Assembly (NCBI GenBank): GCA_030390025.1
Contig: CM059431.1
Location: forward strand, 116,686,001-116,750,000
From: Squalus acanthias
Lineage: Eukaryota
Reading direction: 5' to 3'
Length of the DNA stretch: 64,000 bases
Every line of letters starts with the position of its first letter. The stretch's first letter is position 1. The notes below the pieces were generated by a model that did not search any database, was not told the origin of the DNA, and saw only the letters and a list, made by a program, of their open reading frames with translations. This document shows, one piece after another, positions 1-12,464 of this stretch. A program made the translations under genes and the position numbers.

Positions 1-3000
1 TTAAAAACCAGAGTGTGTCAGGAAGGGGCAGAAGGTATGGAGTAAAAGGTAAAGTAATAAAAAGGGCAAAAGCAGGAACTAAGTGTCACAAAACATATTT
101 GAAATTTCTCTATCTGAATGCATGTAGCATTCGTAACAAAATAGACGAGTTAATGGCAGAAATAACTACATATGGGTATGATCTTGTGGCCATTACAGAA
201 ACATGGCTGCAGGGTGACAATGCCTGGGAATGAAACATACCAGGTTATTTAATGATCAGGAAGGACAGGCAGGAAGGAAGGGGAGGTGGGGTGGCTATGT
301 TAATAAAGGAAGGAATCACTGTAATACAGAGAAATGATATTGGGTCAAAAGATCAGGATAATGAAACAGTTTGGGTGGAGATAAGGAATAATAAGGGGAA
401 AAAAACACTAGTGGGCGTAGTCTATAGGCCTCCGAACAGTTGCAACTCTGTTGGACGGAGTAGCAATCAGGAAATAGTTGAGGCTTGTAATAAGGGAACA
501 TTTATAATTATGGGGGATTTTAACTATCATATTAATTGGACAAATCAAATTGGGCAGGGCTGCCTTGAGGATGAGTTCATTGAATGTATTAGGGATGGGT
601 TTCTTGAGCAGTATGTAACTGAACCGACCGGGGGCAAGCAACCTTAGATCTGGTCCTGTGTAACGAGACAGGATTAATTAAAAATGTCCTAGTAAAGGAT
701 CCCCTTGGAATGAGTGACCATAACATGGTTGAATTCCATATTCAATTAGAGGGTGAGAAGGTTGGATCTCAAACAAGCGTGCTAAGCTTGAATAAAGGAG
801 ACTATGAAGGTATGTGAGCGGAATTGAGTAGAGTGGATTGGGAAAATAGATTAAAGGGAAAGATGATACATGATCAGTGGTGTACATTTAAGGAGTTATT
901 TTACAACTTCCAAAAAAATATATATTCCACTGAGAAGAAAAGGGTGTAAAAGAAAAGACAGTCATCCGTGGCTAAGTAAAGAAATTAAGGATAGTATTTG
1001 ACTAAAAACAAGGGGCTCTAAGGTAGCCAAATCTAGTGGGAGGATAGAGGATTGGGAAAACTTTAAAAGACAGCAAAAAATAACAAAAAGATTGATTAAG
1101 AAAGGGAAGATAGATTATGAAAGTAAATTAGCAAAAAATATAAAAACAGATAGTAAGAGTTTTTATAGTTATATAAAAAGAAAAAGGGTGGCTAAAGTAA
1201 ATGTTGGTCCCTTAGAGGATGAGACCGGGAAATTAATGGTGGGAAATATGGAGATGGCAAAAACACTGAATGAATATTTTGTATCAGTCTTTACAGTAGA
1301 GGAAACTAAGAATATCCCAACACTGGACAAACAGGGGGCTATAGGGGGAGAGGAGCTAAACACGATCAAAATCACTAAGGAAGTGGTACTCGGTAAAATA
1401 ATGGGACTCAAGGCGGATAAATCACCTGGACCTGATGGCTTACATCCTAGAGTCTTGAAGGAAGTGGCGGTAGGGATTGTAGATGCATTGGTAATAATTT
1501 TTCAAAACTCCCTGGATTCCGCTAAGGTCCCGGCAGACTGGAAAACTGCTAATGTAACACCCTTATTTAAAAAGGGCAGTAGACAGAAGGCTGGTAACTA
1601 TAGACTGGTTAGCCTAACATCTGTGGTAGGTAATATTTTGGAGTCCATTATTAAGGAAACAGTAACAGGACATTTGGATAATCATAATTTAATAGGACAA
1701 AGTCAGCATGGTTTTACGAAGGGGAAGTCATGTTTGACAAATTTGCTGGAGTTCTTTGAGGAAGTAACATATAGAGTGGATAAAGGGGAACCAGTGGACG
1801 TAGTGTATTTAGACTTCCAAAAGGCATTTGACAAGGTGCCACACAAAAGATTATTGCTTAAGGTAAAAAATCACGGGATTGGGGGTAATATTCTGGCATG
1901 GATAGAGGATTGGCTATCTAACAGAAAGCAAAGAGTTGGGATAAATGGTTCATTCTCAGACTGGCAATCAGTAACTAGTGGTGTTCCACAGGGGTCAGTG
2001 CTGGGTCCCCAACTCTTCACAATCTATATTAACGATTTGGAGGAAGGGACCAAGTGTAACATATCAAAATTTGCAGATGATACAAAGATGGGAGGGAAAG
2101 TAGTGAGTGAGGAGGACATAAAAAACCTGCAAGGGGACATAGACAGGCTAAGTAAGTGGGCAGAGATTTGGCAGATGGAATACAACACTGGAAAGTGTGA
2201 GGTGATGCACTTTGGCAGGAAAAATCCTAGAGCAATTTATTATCTTAATGGCAAGAAACTGGAGAGTACTGAAGTGCAAAGGGATCTGGGGGTCCTGGTG
2301 CACGAAACTCAAAAGGTTAGTATGCAGGTGCAGCAAGTGATTAAGAAGGCAAATGGAATGTTGGCTTTCATTGCTAGGGGGATAGAATATAAAAATAGGG
2401 AGGTATTGCTTCAGTTGTACAAGGTATTGGTGAGACCGCACCTGGAATACTGCATACAGTTTTGGTGTCCTTACTTAAGGAAAGATATCCTTGCTCTCGA
2501 GGCAGTGCAAAAAAGGTTCACTCGGTTAATCCCGGGGATGAGGGGGTGGTCATATGAGGAGAGGTTGGGTAGATTGGGACTCTACTCATTGGAGTTCAGA
2601 AGAATGAGAGGCGATCTTATTGAAACATATAAGATTGTGAAGGGGTTGGATCGGGTGGATGCGGGGAGGATGTTCCCGATGACGGGTGAGACGAGAACTA
2701 GGGGACATAGTCTTAGAATAAGGGGCTGCTCTTTCAAAACTGAGATGAGGAGGAACTACTTCACTCAGAGGGTGGTAGGTCCATGGAATATGCTGCCACA
2801 AAAAGCTGTAGAAGCTACAACATTAATTAAATTTAAAACAGAAATAGACAGTTTCCTGGAAGTAAAGGGCATTAAGGGTTACGGGGAGCGGGCAGGAATT
2901 TGGACATGAGTCTAGGTTCGGATCGGTCATGGCCCTGTGGGTAGTGGAGCGGGCCCAGGGACTGTGTAGCCTGATTCTGCTCCTATTTCGTGTGTGCAAT

Positions 3001-3147
3001 TCTGTTAGATGCAGGAGATGGTTCTGTGATAGATAGTAGATTGGCGGTTAGGATCAGATCAGCCATGATCTTATTGAATGGCGGAGCAGGCTCGAGGGGC
3101 CGATTGGCCTACTCCTGCTCCTATTTCTTATGTTCTTATGTTCTTAA
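1..3147 (+). mobile_element. CR1 LINE copy A (runs off the window start); ORF2 APE+RT, APE part disrupted
   Basis: APE motifs (LYLNACSIRNK, VAITETWL, GVVYRPP, MGDFN) and RT motifs (YLDFQKAFDKVPH, GVPQGSVLGP, KFADDTK). CR1 3' UTR ends in (TTCTTATG)n. Confidence 0.95.
1092..2909 (+). pseudogene. Open RT/C-terminal part of CR1 ORF2 (605 aa); upstream APE part broken by stops and frameshifts
   Basis: ORF track; canonical CR1 RT domain and C-terminus ...GYGERAGIWT. Confidence 0.9.
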
Positions 3148-5957
3148 AAGTATGAACAAGGATTTCAGTGGCAGTGGGGGTGAGGTAGGGGCCCAGGCAA
3201 GCAATATTCCAGAGATGGAAGTCACAGGGCTGGATTTTGATACTGGGGCGGGTTGGGGTCGTGTTATCCACCCGACTGCAATTGGATGTGGGAGATTGAT
3301 GCAATTATCACCTAATTGGGCAATTGAATTCCAGCATGTGGGAACCCATGAAGATTAAACTAACTAGTGGGGGGGAGGTTCCTAGAGAGCAAATAATAAA
3401 AATGACAACAGAGAAGGTCATAGTCTTAGGTAGCAGTGGGGAAATTAAAAACCAGAGTGTGTCAGGAAGGGGCAGAAGGTATGGAGTAAAAGGTAAAGTA
3501 ATAAAAAGGGCAAAAGCAGGAACTAAGTGTCACAAAACATATTTGAAATTTCTCTATCTGAATGCATGTAGCATTCGTAACAAAATAGACGAGTTAATGG
3601 CAGAAATAACTACATATGGGTATGATCTTGTGGCCATTACAGAAACATGGCTGCAGGGTGACAATGCCTGGGAATGAAACATACCAGGTTATTTAATGAT
3701 CAGGAAGGACAGGCAGGAAGGAAGGGGAGGTGGGGTGGCTATGTTAATAAAGGAAGGAATCACTGTAATACAGAGAAATGATATTGGGTCAAAAGATCAG
3801 GATAATGAAACAGTTTGGGTGGAGATAAGGAATAATAAGGGGAAAAAAACACTAGTGGGCGTAGTCTATAGGCCTCCGAACAGTTGCAACTCTGTTGGAC
3901 GGAGTAGCAATCAGGAAATAGTTGAGGCTTGTAATAAGGGAACGTTTATAATTATGGGGGATTTTAACTATCATATTAATTGGACAAATCAAATTGGGCA
4001 GGGCTGCCTTGAGGATGAGTTCATTGAATGTATTAGGGATGGGTTTCTTGAGCAGTATGTAACTGAACCGACCGGGGGCAAGCAACCTTAGATCTGGTCC
4101 TGTGTAACGAGACAGGATTAATTAAAAATGTCCTAGTAAAGGATCCCCTTGGAATGAGTGACCATAACATGGTTGAATTCCATATTCAATTAGAGGGTGA
4201 GAAGGTTGGATCTCAAACAAGCGTGCTAAGCTTGAATAAAGGAGACTATGAAGGTATGTGAGTGGAATTGAGTAGAGTGGATTGGGAAAATAGATTAAAG
4301 GGAAAGACGATACATGATCAGTGGTGTACATTTAAGGAGTTATTTTACAACTTCCAAAAAAAATATATTCCACTGAGAAGAAAAGGGTGTAAAAGAAAAG
4401 ACAGTCATCCGTGGCTAAGTAAAGAAATTAAGGATAGTATTTGACTAAAAACAAGGGGCTCTAAGGTAGCCAAATCTAGTGGGAGGATAGAGGATTGGGA
4501 AAACTTTAAAAGACAGCAAAAAATAACAAAAAGATTGATTAAGAAAGGGAAGATAGATTATGAAAGTAAATTAGCAAAAAATATAAAAACAGATAGTAAG
4601 AGTTTTTATAGTTATATAGAAAGAAAAAGGGTGGCTAAAGTAAATGTTGGTCCCTTAGAGGATGAGACCGGGAAATTAATGGTTGGAAATATGGAGATGG
4701 CAAATACACTGAATGAATATTTTGTATCAGTCTTTACAGTAGAGGACACTAAGAATATCCCAACACTGGACAAACAGGGGGCTATAGGGGGGGAGAGGAG
4801 CTAAACACGATCAAAATCACTAAGGAAGTGGTACTTGGTAAAATAATGGGACTCAAGGCGGATAAATCACCTGGACCTGATGGCTTACATCCTAGGGTCT
4901 TGAGGGAAGTGGCGGTAGGGATTGTGGATGCATTGGTAATAATTTTCCAAAACTCCCTGGACTCAGCAAAGATCCCGGCAGACTGGAAAACTGCTAATGT
5001 AACACCCTTATTTAAAAAGGGCAGTAGACAGAAGGCTGGAAACTATAGACTGGTTAGCCTAACATCTGTGGTAGGTAAAATTTTGGGAGTCCATTATTAA
5101 GGAGACAGTAACGGGACATTTGGATAATCATAATTTAATAGGACAAAGTCAGCATGGTTTTATGAAGGGGAAGTCATGTTTGACAAATTTGCTGGAGTTC
5201 TTTGAGGAAGTAACATATAGGGTGGATAAAGGGGAACCAGTGGATGTGGTGTATTTAGACTTCCAAAAGGCATTTGACAAGGTGCCACACAAAAGATTAT
5301 TGCTTAAGATAAAAAATCACGGGATTGGGGGTAATATTCTGGCATGGATAGAGGATTGGCTATCTAACAGAACGCAGAGAGTTGGGATAAATGGTTCATT
5401 CTCAGACTGGCAATCAGTAACTAGTGGTGTTCCGCAGGGGTCAGTGCTGGGTCCCCAACTCTTTACAATCTATATTAACGATTTGGAGGAGGGGACCGAG
5501 TGTAACATATCAAAGTTTGCAGATGATACTAAGATGGGAGGGAAAGTAGTGAGTGAGGAGGACATAAAAAATCTGCAACAGGACATGGACAGGCTAAGTA
5601 AGTGGGCAGAGATTTTTTCAGATGGAATACAATACTGGAAAGTGTGAGGTTATGCACTTTGGCAGGAAAAATAGTAAAGCAAGTTATTATCTTAATGGCA
5701 AGAAACTGGAAAGTACTGAAGTACAAAGGGATCTGGGGGTCCTGGTGCACAAAACTCAAAAGGTTAGTATGCAGGTGCAGCAAGTGATTAAGAAGGCCAA
5801 TGGAATGTTGGCTTTCATTGCTAGGGGGATAGAATATAAAAATAGGGAGGTATTGCTTCAGTTGTACAAGATGTGGAGATGCCGGCGTTGGACTGGGGTG
5901 GACAAAAATGAGAAGTCGCACAACACCAGGTTATAGTCCAACAGATTTATTTTAAAT

Positions 5958-5993
5958 TACAAGCTTTCGGAGCTGTCGCTCCTTCTTCAGGTA
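5958..5993 (-). ncRNA. Minimal type-I hammerhead ribozyme motif in PLE1 inverted pLTR
   Basis: Reverse complement reads tac-CTGAAGA-a-GGAGC gaca GCTCC-GAAA-GC-TT-gta. Confidence 0.8.
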
Positions 5994-7306
5994 GGGTAGC
6001 TGTGAGAGAATCTCCCAGAATTCGCAATATAAACACAGAAAAAATGTATTCAAATCTTTCCCTACATCAAAGACACACTAAGAGCACAGCCAAGACAATG
6101 AGATGTGTCCCAGGGGGTCCAACGTGTCAAAACACCTGCTGGCTGCATATCCTCTCCATTTGTGTTTGGTTCTTGTGTTAGTTTTTTTTTAAAAAACCTG
6201 GAAAGACCGGCCATGATGTCAAGTCACGTTCTGTATCGTGACATGAATCCGATATCGCGATTGAGGCCATCCTCATGAGTGCGAAACTTGGCTATCAGTT
6301 TCTGCTCTATGATTTTGCGCTGTCGTGTATCCCGAAGGCCGCCTTGGAGAACGCTTACCCGCAGATCCGAGGCTGAATGCCCCTGACTGCTGAAGTGTTC
6401 CCCGACTGAGAGGCAACCCGCCTGCCTGGCGATTGTTGCGCGGTGTCCGTTCATACGTTGTCTCAGTGTCTGCATGGTCTCGCCGATGTACCATGCTCTG
6501 GGGCATCCTTTACTGCAACGTATCAGGTAGACAACGTTGGCCGAGTCACATGAGTATGTACCATGTACCTGGTGGGTAGTGTCCTCATGTGTGATGATGG
6601 TATCTGTGTCCATGATCTGGCATGTCTTGCAGAGGTTGCCGTGGCAGGGTTGTGTGGTGTCGTGGTTGCTGTTCTCCTGAAAGATGGGTAATCTGCTGCG
6701 AACGATGGTACTTTTGAGGTTAGGCGGCTGCTTGAAGGCGAGTGGTGGAGGCGTGGGGATGGCCTTAGCAAGGTGTTCGTCGTCATCGATGACATGTTGA
6801 AGGCTGCGAAGAACATCGGCGAGACCATGCAGACACTGAGACAACGTATGAACGGACACCGCGCAACAATCGCCAGGCAGGAGGGTTGCCTCCCAGTCGG
6901 GGAACACTTCAGCAGTCAGGGGCATTCAGCCTCGGATCTGCGGGTAAGCGTTCTCCAAGGCGGCCTTCGGGATACACGACAGCGCAAAATCATAGAGCAG
7001 AAACTGATAGCCAAGTTCCGCACTCATGAGGATGGCCTCAATCGCGATATCGGGTTCATGTCACGATACAGAACGTGACTTGACATCATGGCCGGTCTTT
7101 CCAGGTTTTTAAAAAAAACGAACACAAGAACCAAACACAAATGGAGAGGATATGCAGCCAGCAGATGTTTTGACACGTTGGACCCCCTGGGACACATCTC
7201 ATTGTCTTGGCTGTGCTCTTAGTGTGTCTTTGATGTAGGGAAAGATTTGAATACATTTTTTCTGTGTTTATATTGTGAATTCTGGGAGATTCTCTCACAG
7301 CTACCC

Positions 7307-7342
7307 TACCTGAAGAAGGAGCGACAGCTCCGAAAGCTTGTA
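7307..7342 (+). ncRNA. Minimal type-I hammerhead ribozyme motif in PLE1 forward pLTR
   Basis: tac-CTGAAGA-a-GGAGC gaca GCTCC-GAAA-GC-TT-gta: intact core, stem I tac/gta, stem II 5 bp, palindromic AGCT stem III. Confidence 0.8.
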
Positions 7343-9130
7343 ATTTTAAATAAATCTGTTGGACTATAACCTGGTGTTGTGCGACTTCTCAGTTGTACAA
7401 GGTATTGGTGAGACCGCACCTGGAATACTGCATACAGTTTTGGTGTCCATACTTAAGAAAAGACATACTTGCTCTCGAGTCAGTACAAAGAAGGTTCACT
7501 CAGTTAATCCCGGGGATGAGGGGATGGACATATGAGGAGAGGTTGGGTAGATTGGGACTCTACTCATTGGAGTTCAGAAGAATGAGAGGCGATCTTATTG
7601 AAACATATAAGATTGTGAAGGTGTTGGATTGGGTGGATGCGGGGAGGATGTTCCCGATGATGGGTGAAACTAGAACTAGGGGGCATAGTCTTAGAATAAG
7701 GGGCTGCTCTTTCAAAACTGAGATGAGAAGGAACTACTTCACTCAGAGGGTGGTAGGTCCATGGACTATGCTGCCCCAAAAAGCTGTAGAAGCTACATCA
7801 TTACATAAATTTAAAACAGAAATAGACAGTTTCCTAGAAGTAAAGGGAATTAAGGGTTATGGGGAGCGGGCAGGAATTTGGACATGAGTATAGGTTCGGA
7901 TTGGTCATGGCCCTGTGGGTAGCGCAGCGGGCCCAGGGGCCGTGTAGCCTGATCCTGCTCCTATTTCGTGAGTCCAATTCTGTTAGGTTCAGGAGATGGT
8001 TCTGTGATAGTAGATTGGCGGTTAGGATCAGATCAGCCATGATCTTATTGAATGGCGGAGCAGGCTCGAGGGGCCAATTGGCCTACTCCTGCTCCTATTT
8101 CTTATGTTCTTATGTTCTTATGAACCAATTAGTGTATTCAGTCTGAAAGTCGCCTCTGATGATGTCATCATTGCTGCTGCATTGAAGGTCTTCAGAGACT
8201 GCCTGGCCTTTGCTGTGAGAGGACCTGGATGCAAAATGAGCAGCAGCCCTAAGTCTGCTCCCAGATATTTTTACACCACCACTTCCAGATATGTCTCCTC
8301 CCCATCCATCCATATATGCATCCATCCACATAGCCATCCATATATGCATCTCCATAGCCAGCCAGCCAGCGTGCCAAATGTGCTCCCGCCAGGTTTCACA
8401 TTTGTGGTTCAGAACAGGCGTGCTTCACGTAGAAAAAGGGTGAAAATCACAAAGGCCTTTCAAAATGGCATTATAGAGGCAATTTAGTGCTTGTTAAAGG
8501 CCTTAACAGCCTATCCCGCCTCTAAGAGGCGGGACGGCGTCGGGACCAGCAGACACGATTTAATGAAAATTGCGTGGAGGCGGGATGGAGGCGGGCTCAT
8601 GCCCGCCCGCCAGTTTTCGCAATTTTAACCCCCCACACGCCTCCAAACCCACCTCCACGGGTCAATGAAAATCCAGCCCACATAGTCTGTTTCAACCTGA
8701 GTGGGTAGAAAGGAAAAGGGATGGAATCAGTGTCAAGGGAACAGAGTTTTTATATAACCAAATCTAAAAATTATGGCTTTAGTCTGAGCAGAAATGGCTT
8801 TTACTCCCTTAATATTCAGATGGTAGATAACCACCAGCAAAATAATTATGCAACTTAATGGTCTGTTTTCTGGGGAGTGTTTATAATGTATAAATAAAGT
8901 GAAGATTTTCTCTGTGCACTAGCTATGGCAAAATCAGGAACCTGTTCTTTCTGTTCTTTATAAACATGTTTACAATTTTGCTAAAGTACAAAGGAAATCT
9001 CCTATCTTGAAGGAATCAAGGAGTTCCCTGCTGTTCAAGACAGAATGCAAGATTGACACCTGGGAAATGAGGGCAGCCCACCACAAATGCAACTGCTGAC
9101 AGATGCCTTTCTGCAGAACCCCCAGGCTCA

Positions 9131-10360
9131 AAAGAAATAGGAACAGGACGAGGCCATTCAGCCCCTCGAGCCTGTTCCACCATTCAATTAGGCCATGACT
9201 GACGTGTACCTCAACTCCATTTATCTGCCTTTGATCTATACCCCTTGATAACTTTGCCAAATAAAAATCTGTCAATCTCAATGTTGAAAATTTCAATTGA
9301 CCCAGCATCTACAGCCCTTTGGGGGAGAAAATTCCAGATTTACACTACCATTCGAGTGAAAAAGAGCTTCCTGACTTCACTCCCGAATGGCCTAGCTCTA
9401 ATTTAAAAGTCATGTCCCCTTGTCCTGGATTCTCCACCAGAGGAAACCATTTATCTGTATCTATTCTATTGAATCCTTTTTATCATTTTAAAGACCTCAG
9501 TTAGATCACCCCCTCAACCTTCTAAACTCAAGGTAATATAAGACAAGTTTATGCAACCTGAGCTCATAATTTAACCCTTTAAGCCCTGATATTCTGGAGA
9601 ATCTGCGCTGTACCCCTTCCAAGGCCAATATATCCTTCCTGAGGTATGGTATCCGAAACTGAGCACAGTACTCCAGATGGGGTCTGACCAAGGCTCAGTA
9701 CAACTGAAACATAACTTCCTCCCCTTTGTAATTCAACCCTTCTTGAGACAAAGATAAACATTCTATTTGCCTTTTTGAACACTTCTTGTACCTGTGCACT
9801 AGCTATTATTGATTTGTGTACATGAACATCCAAATCCCTTTGTTCCTCCACAGTTCCTAATCTTTTGCTATTAAGAAAATATTCAGATTTGTCTTCCTTC
9901 GATCCAATAAAAAGAAAGACTTGCATTTATATAGCGCCTTTCACAACCACCGGACGTCTCAAAGTGCCTTGCAGCCAGTGAAGTACTTCTGAAGTGGAGT
10001 CACTGTTGTAATATGGATGACCTCACTCTTCCCCACAATGAACTCCATCTGGCACAGTTCTGTCCACTCACTTAATCTGTCCATGTCCCTTTATAACTTC
10101 TTGCTCCCATCTACCCAACTTACTGTGCCTCCTAATTTGGTGATATCTGAAAACTTTGATATACAACTCTCTATTCCTTAATCCAAGTCATTGATATACA
10201 TGGTACAAAGTTGAGGAGCCAGTGCAGAACCCTGGGGAACGCCACTTGTCACATCCTACCTTTATCTCTACTCACTGTCTCCTACCTGCAACAAATAAAC
10301 AATCAATTCACAAGGTTACTTCCTATTCTGTGCACTCTCATTTTTACTAGTAACAACCTC
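9131..10360 (-). mobile_element. Older 5'-truncated CR1 fragment
   Basis: Minus-strand fragments VRPHLEYCAQF and EEQRDLDVHVH; CR1 3' tail near 9135-9200. Confidence 0.85.
9909..10012 (-). mobile_element. 3' tail fragment of the Deu-domain SINE inserted in the CR1 fragment
   Basis: Matches the reverse complement of about 10978-11080 (…GGCGCTATATAAATGCAAGTCTTTCTTT). Confidence 0.8.
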
Positions 10361-10616
10361 CTGAAATAAGTTAATACTGAGCTAAGTTTGCAAATTCAAC
10401 AAGGCCTGGTCTGGCAGCTTTTGGCACGGTCAGCAAGGCAATGCAGTCGCAATTTTGCTACCATCACCAAATTGGGACTATATGCTCAGTTGCATTGGCT
10501 GGTGTGATTCTTATTAATGAAGAAGACCTTGATACCAACTGGTGACCATTCTGATCTGTCTTTGCTTAGAATCCAGTATTAGCAGTTTCAGTTTGAGGTA
10601 GCAATCCTCAATTGTC

Positions 10617-11086
10617 ACCTGTGGCTCAGTTGGTAGCACACTTGCCTCTGAGTCACAAGGCAATGGGTTCATAGTCCCACGCCAGGGACTTGAGCACATA
10701 AAACTAGGCTGACACTCCAGTACAGTGCTGAGGGAGTGCTGCACTGTCGGAGGTGCCGTCTTTCAGATGAGACGTTAAACCGAGGCCCTGTCTGCTCTCT
10801 CAGGTGGATGTAAAAGATCCCATGGCACTATTTTGAAGAAGAGCAGGGGAGTTACCTCGATGTCCTGGCCAATATTTATCCCTCAACCAACATAACAAAA
10901 ACAGTTTATCTGGTCATTATCACATTGCTGTTTGTGGGAGTTTGCTGTGTGCAAATTGGCTGCCGCGTTTCCCACATTACAACAGTGACTACACTCCAAA
11001 AGTACTTCATTGGCTGTAAAGCGCTTTGATACGTCCGGTGGTCGTGAAAGGCGCTATAGAAATGCAAGTCTATTCTTTTCTTTTTC
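10617..11086 (+). mobile_element. tRNA-derived Deu-domain SINE (SacSINE1-like), full length
   Basis: A box TGGCTCAGTTGG and B-box-like GGTTCATAGTCC; Deu-like core GCCGTCTTTCAGATGAGACGTTAAACCGAGGCCC; further copies at 49682 and 60024/63569. Confidence 0.8.
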
Positions 11087-12464
11087 AATCTCTGTCTACC
11101 AACGAATAGTGGGGAAAGGAAGAAAAACCCATAGCAAGTCTACCCAGTCATCTACTTTATGATGCTTATTTTCTAAGAAAGAGAATTTTTATGGCACATT
11201 GTTGCATCTTTTTAGGCATTTCTCCACTCGGCATCTCAGGAGGTCATTGAATGGATAGCCAAACTAGACATTATAAGCTTTTCCCATCATACGAAAGTAG
11301 TAATACATCTTTTTTAAAGTCTATCCTTACAGGTCCTGTATAATATGGGCTGTTGAAATTATTTTTGAAAGATTGTACAGAGCATAATTGAAAAATATAA
11401 GCTAAAGAAAAGTGTGTCAAGTGACTGACTGATAACCAGCTGCTCAATAGTTTTTTAGATATGGTTCCAATGAGGCATTCTTTTTTATTATTATTCGTCA
11501 TATTGTGTTGTCATGGTGGTGCACTCTGATGATGTTTGTTTTCCATGGCACACTGCAGAGAAGTTCTATCTTGGGCCATAATGGCCAAATAACAAGATAA
11601 ACATCTGAATGCTTTATGACCAGGCGGAAAATTGGTGACAGCAAATCAGCAGCCCGTTTTACAGCTCACCCGATTTTCTTTACCATTGAAGTCGCTGGAA
11701 AAGAAAATTGAGCAAGGTTTAAACTTGGGTTGCCAATTGCCTGTTTTTCGCCCGGCCATGAAAATTGTGACCAAGACAATCGCATTTACTGCATAACTAT
11801 TCTTGTGTGTATTATTTTAATAAGCATTCACATGTGCGTATTATTAACCATGCAAGATCAATCAGACCATAGCTTGTGAGCATATTAAAGTTAAGCATTC
11901 GACCCTTAACTGAAGATTTGGGACAAAGAAAAATCAAAGCCTTTTAGGAAAAATACAAAGCATAAATTGTAAAATTACTGAGATTTTGCATAATAACATC
12001 TTGTGATAATAAATATGAAAGCATGCGCTGAACTAGATGATGCCAAGTGATGGATCTGTTCAAATAATATTTCTTGCTCAATTCTGAAGAAGAATGCAAA
12101 GAGACTCTGTCACAATTTATAGGTTTACCACCCAGCAACACTTTCTTTATTTGAATTTGGAAGACAGATTGTGGCTTTCAAAAAATACTGCTTACTGTCT
12201 GGAGTAAGTAATACCGGGAGATTTATGCTCCTAATTAACAACCGTTTAGGAATTCTTGGATAAGTAATGCAAGGATCCTTGGATTTAGGAAATTAAATTC
12301 ATTATATAAATAAATGATATAAGTTAATGACAAATGCTACATTTGATATTGTATAATGAATCATCAATCTGTTGATGGATTAAAAGTGTATTCCTATCTT
12401 CTAAAGCTTAAAATTCAATCAGTTACAACTAGTACAGGCCCCTGCAAAATGAGCAGAAGACGTC

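Larger units (their letters stand above)
5871..7391. mobile_element. Penelope-like element PLE1 (Neptune-type), truncated: inverted GIY-YIG+pLTR (5871-~6815) joined to a forward GIY-YIG end+pLTR (~6813-7391)
   Basis: GIY-YIG (VVYLIRCSKGCPRAWYIGET) preceded by a CxxxxCxxC linker; about 570 bp inverted repeat; TSD GTTGTACAAG at 5861-5870 and 7392-7401. Confidence 0.93.
3350..8121 (+). mobile_element. CR1 LINE copy B (defective ORF2), interrupted by a Penelope-like element at 5871-7391
   Basis: 3445 onward repeats position 1 onward (offset 3444). RT fragments at 4535-5870 and 7393-7887; (TTCTTATG)n tail; imperfect TSD GAACCCAT (3342) / GAACCAAT (8122). Confidence 0.95.
3227..8679. mobile_element. 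Non-autonomous TIR element (Harbinger-like MITE, family A) split by CR1 copy B: arms 3227-3349 and 8122-8679
   Basis: TIR GGGCTGGATTTT at 3227 and AAAATCCAGCCC ending at 8679. The same termini occur on the uninterrupted copy at 13885-14619. Confidence 0.7.

Noticed and set aside
6224..6925. 233-aa minus-strand ORF as a novel protein
   Set aside because: It is a chimera across the PLE1 inversion junction: antisense of the forward arm fused to the GIY-YIG domain.
10617..10680. tRNA genes at SINE heads (also 15307, 18645, 20363, 60220)
   Set aside because: They continue into SINE/LINE bodies and lack a complete cloverleaf, so they are repeats rather than tRNA genes.
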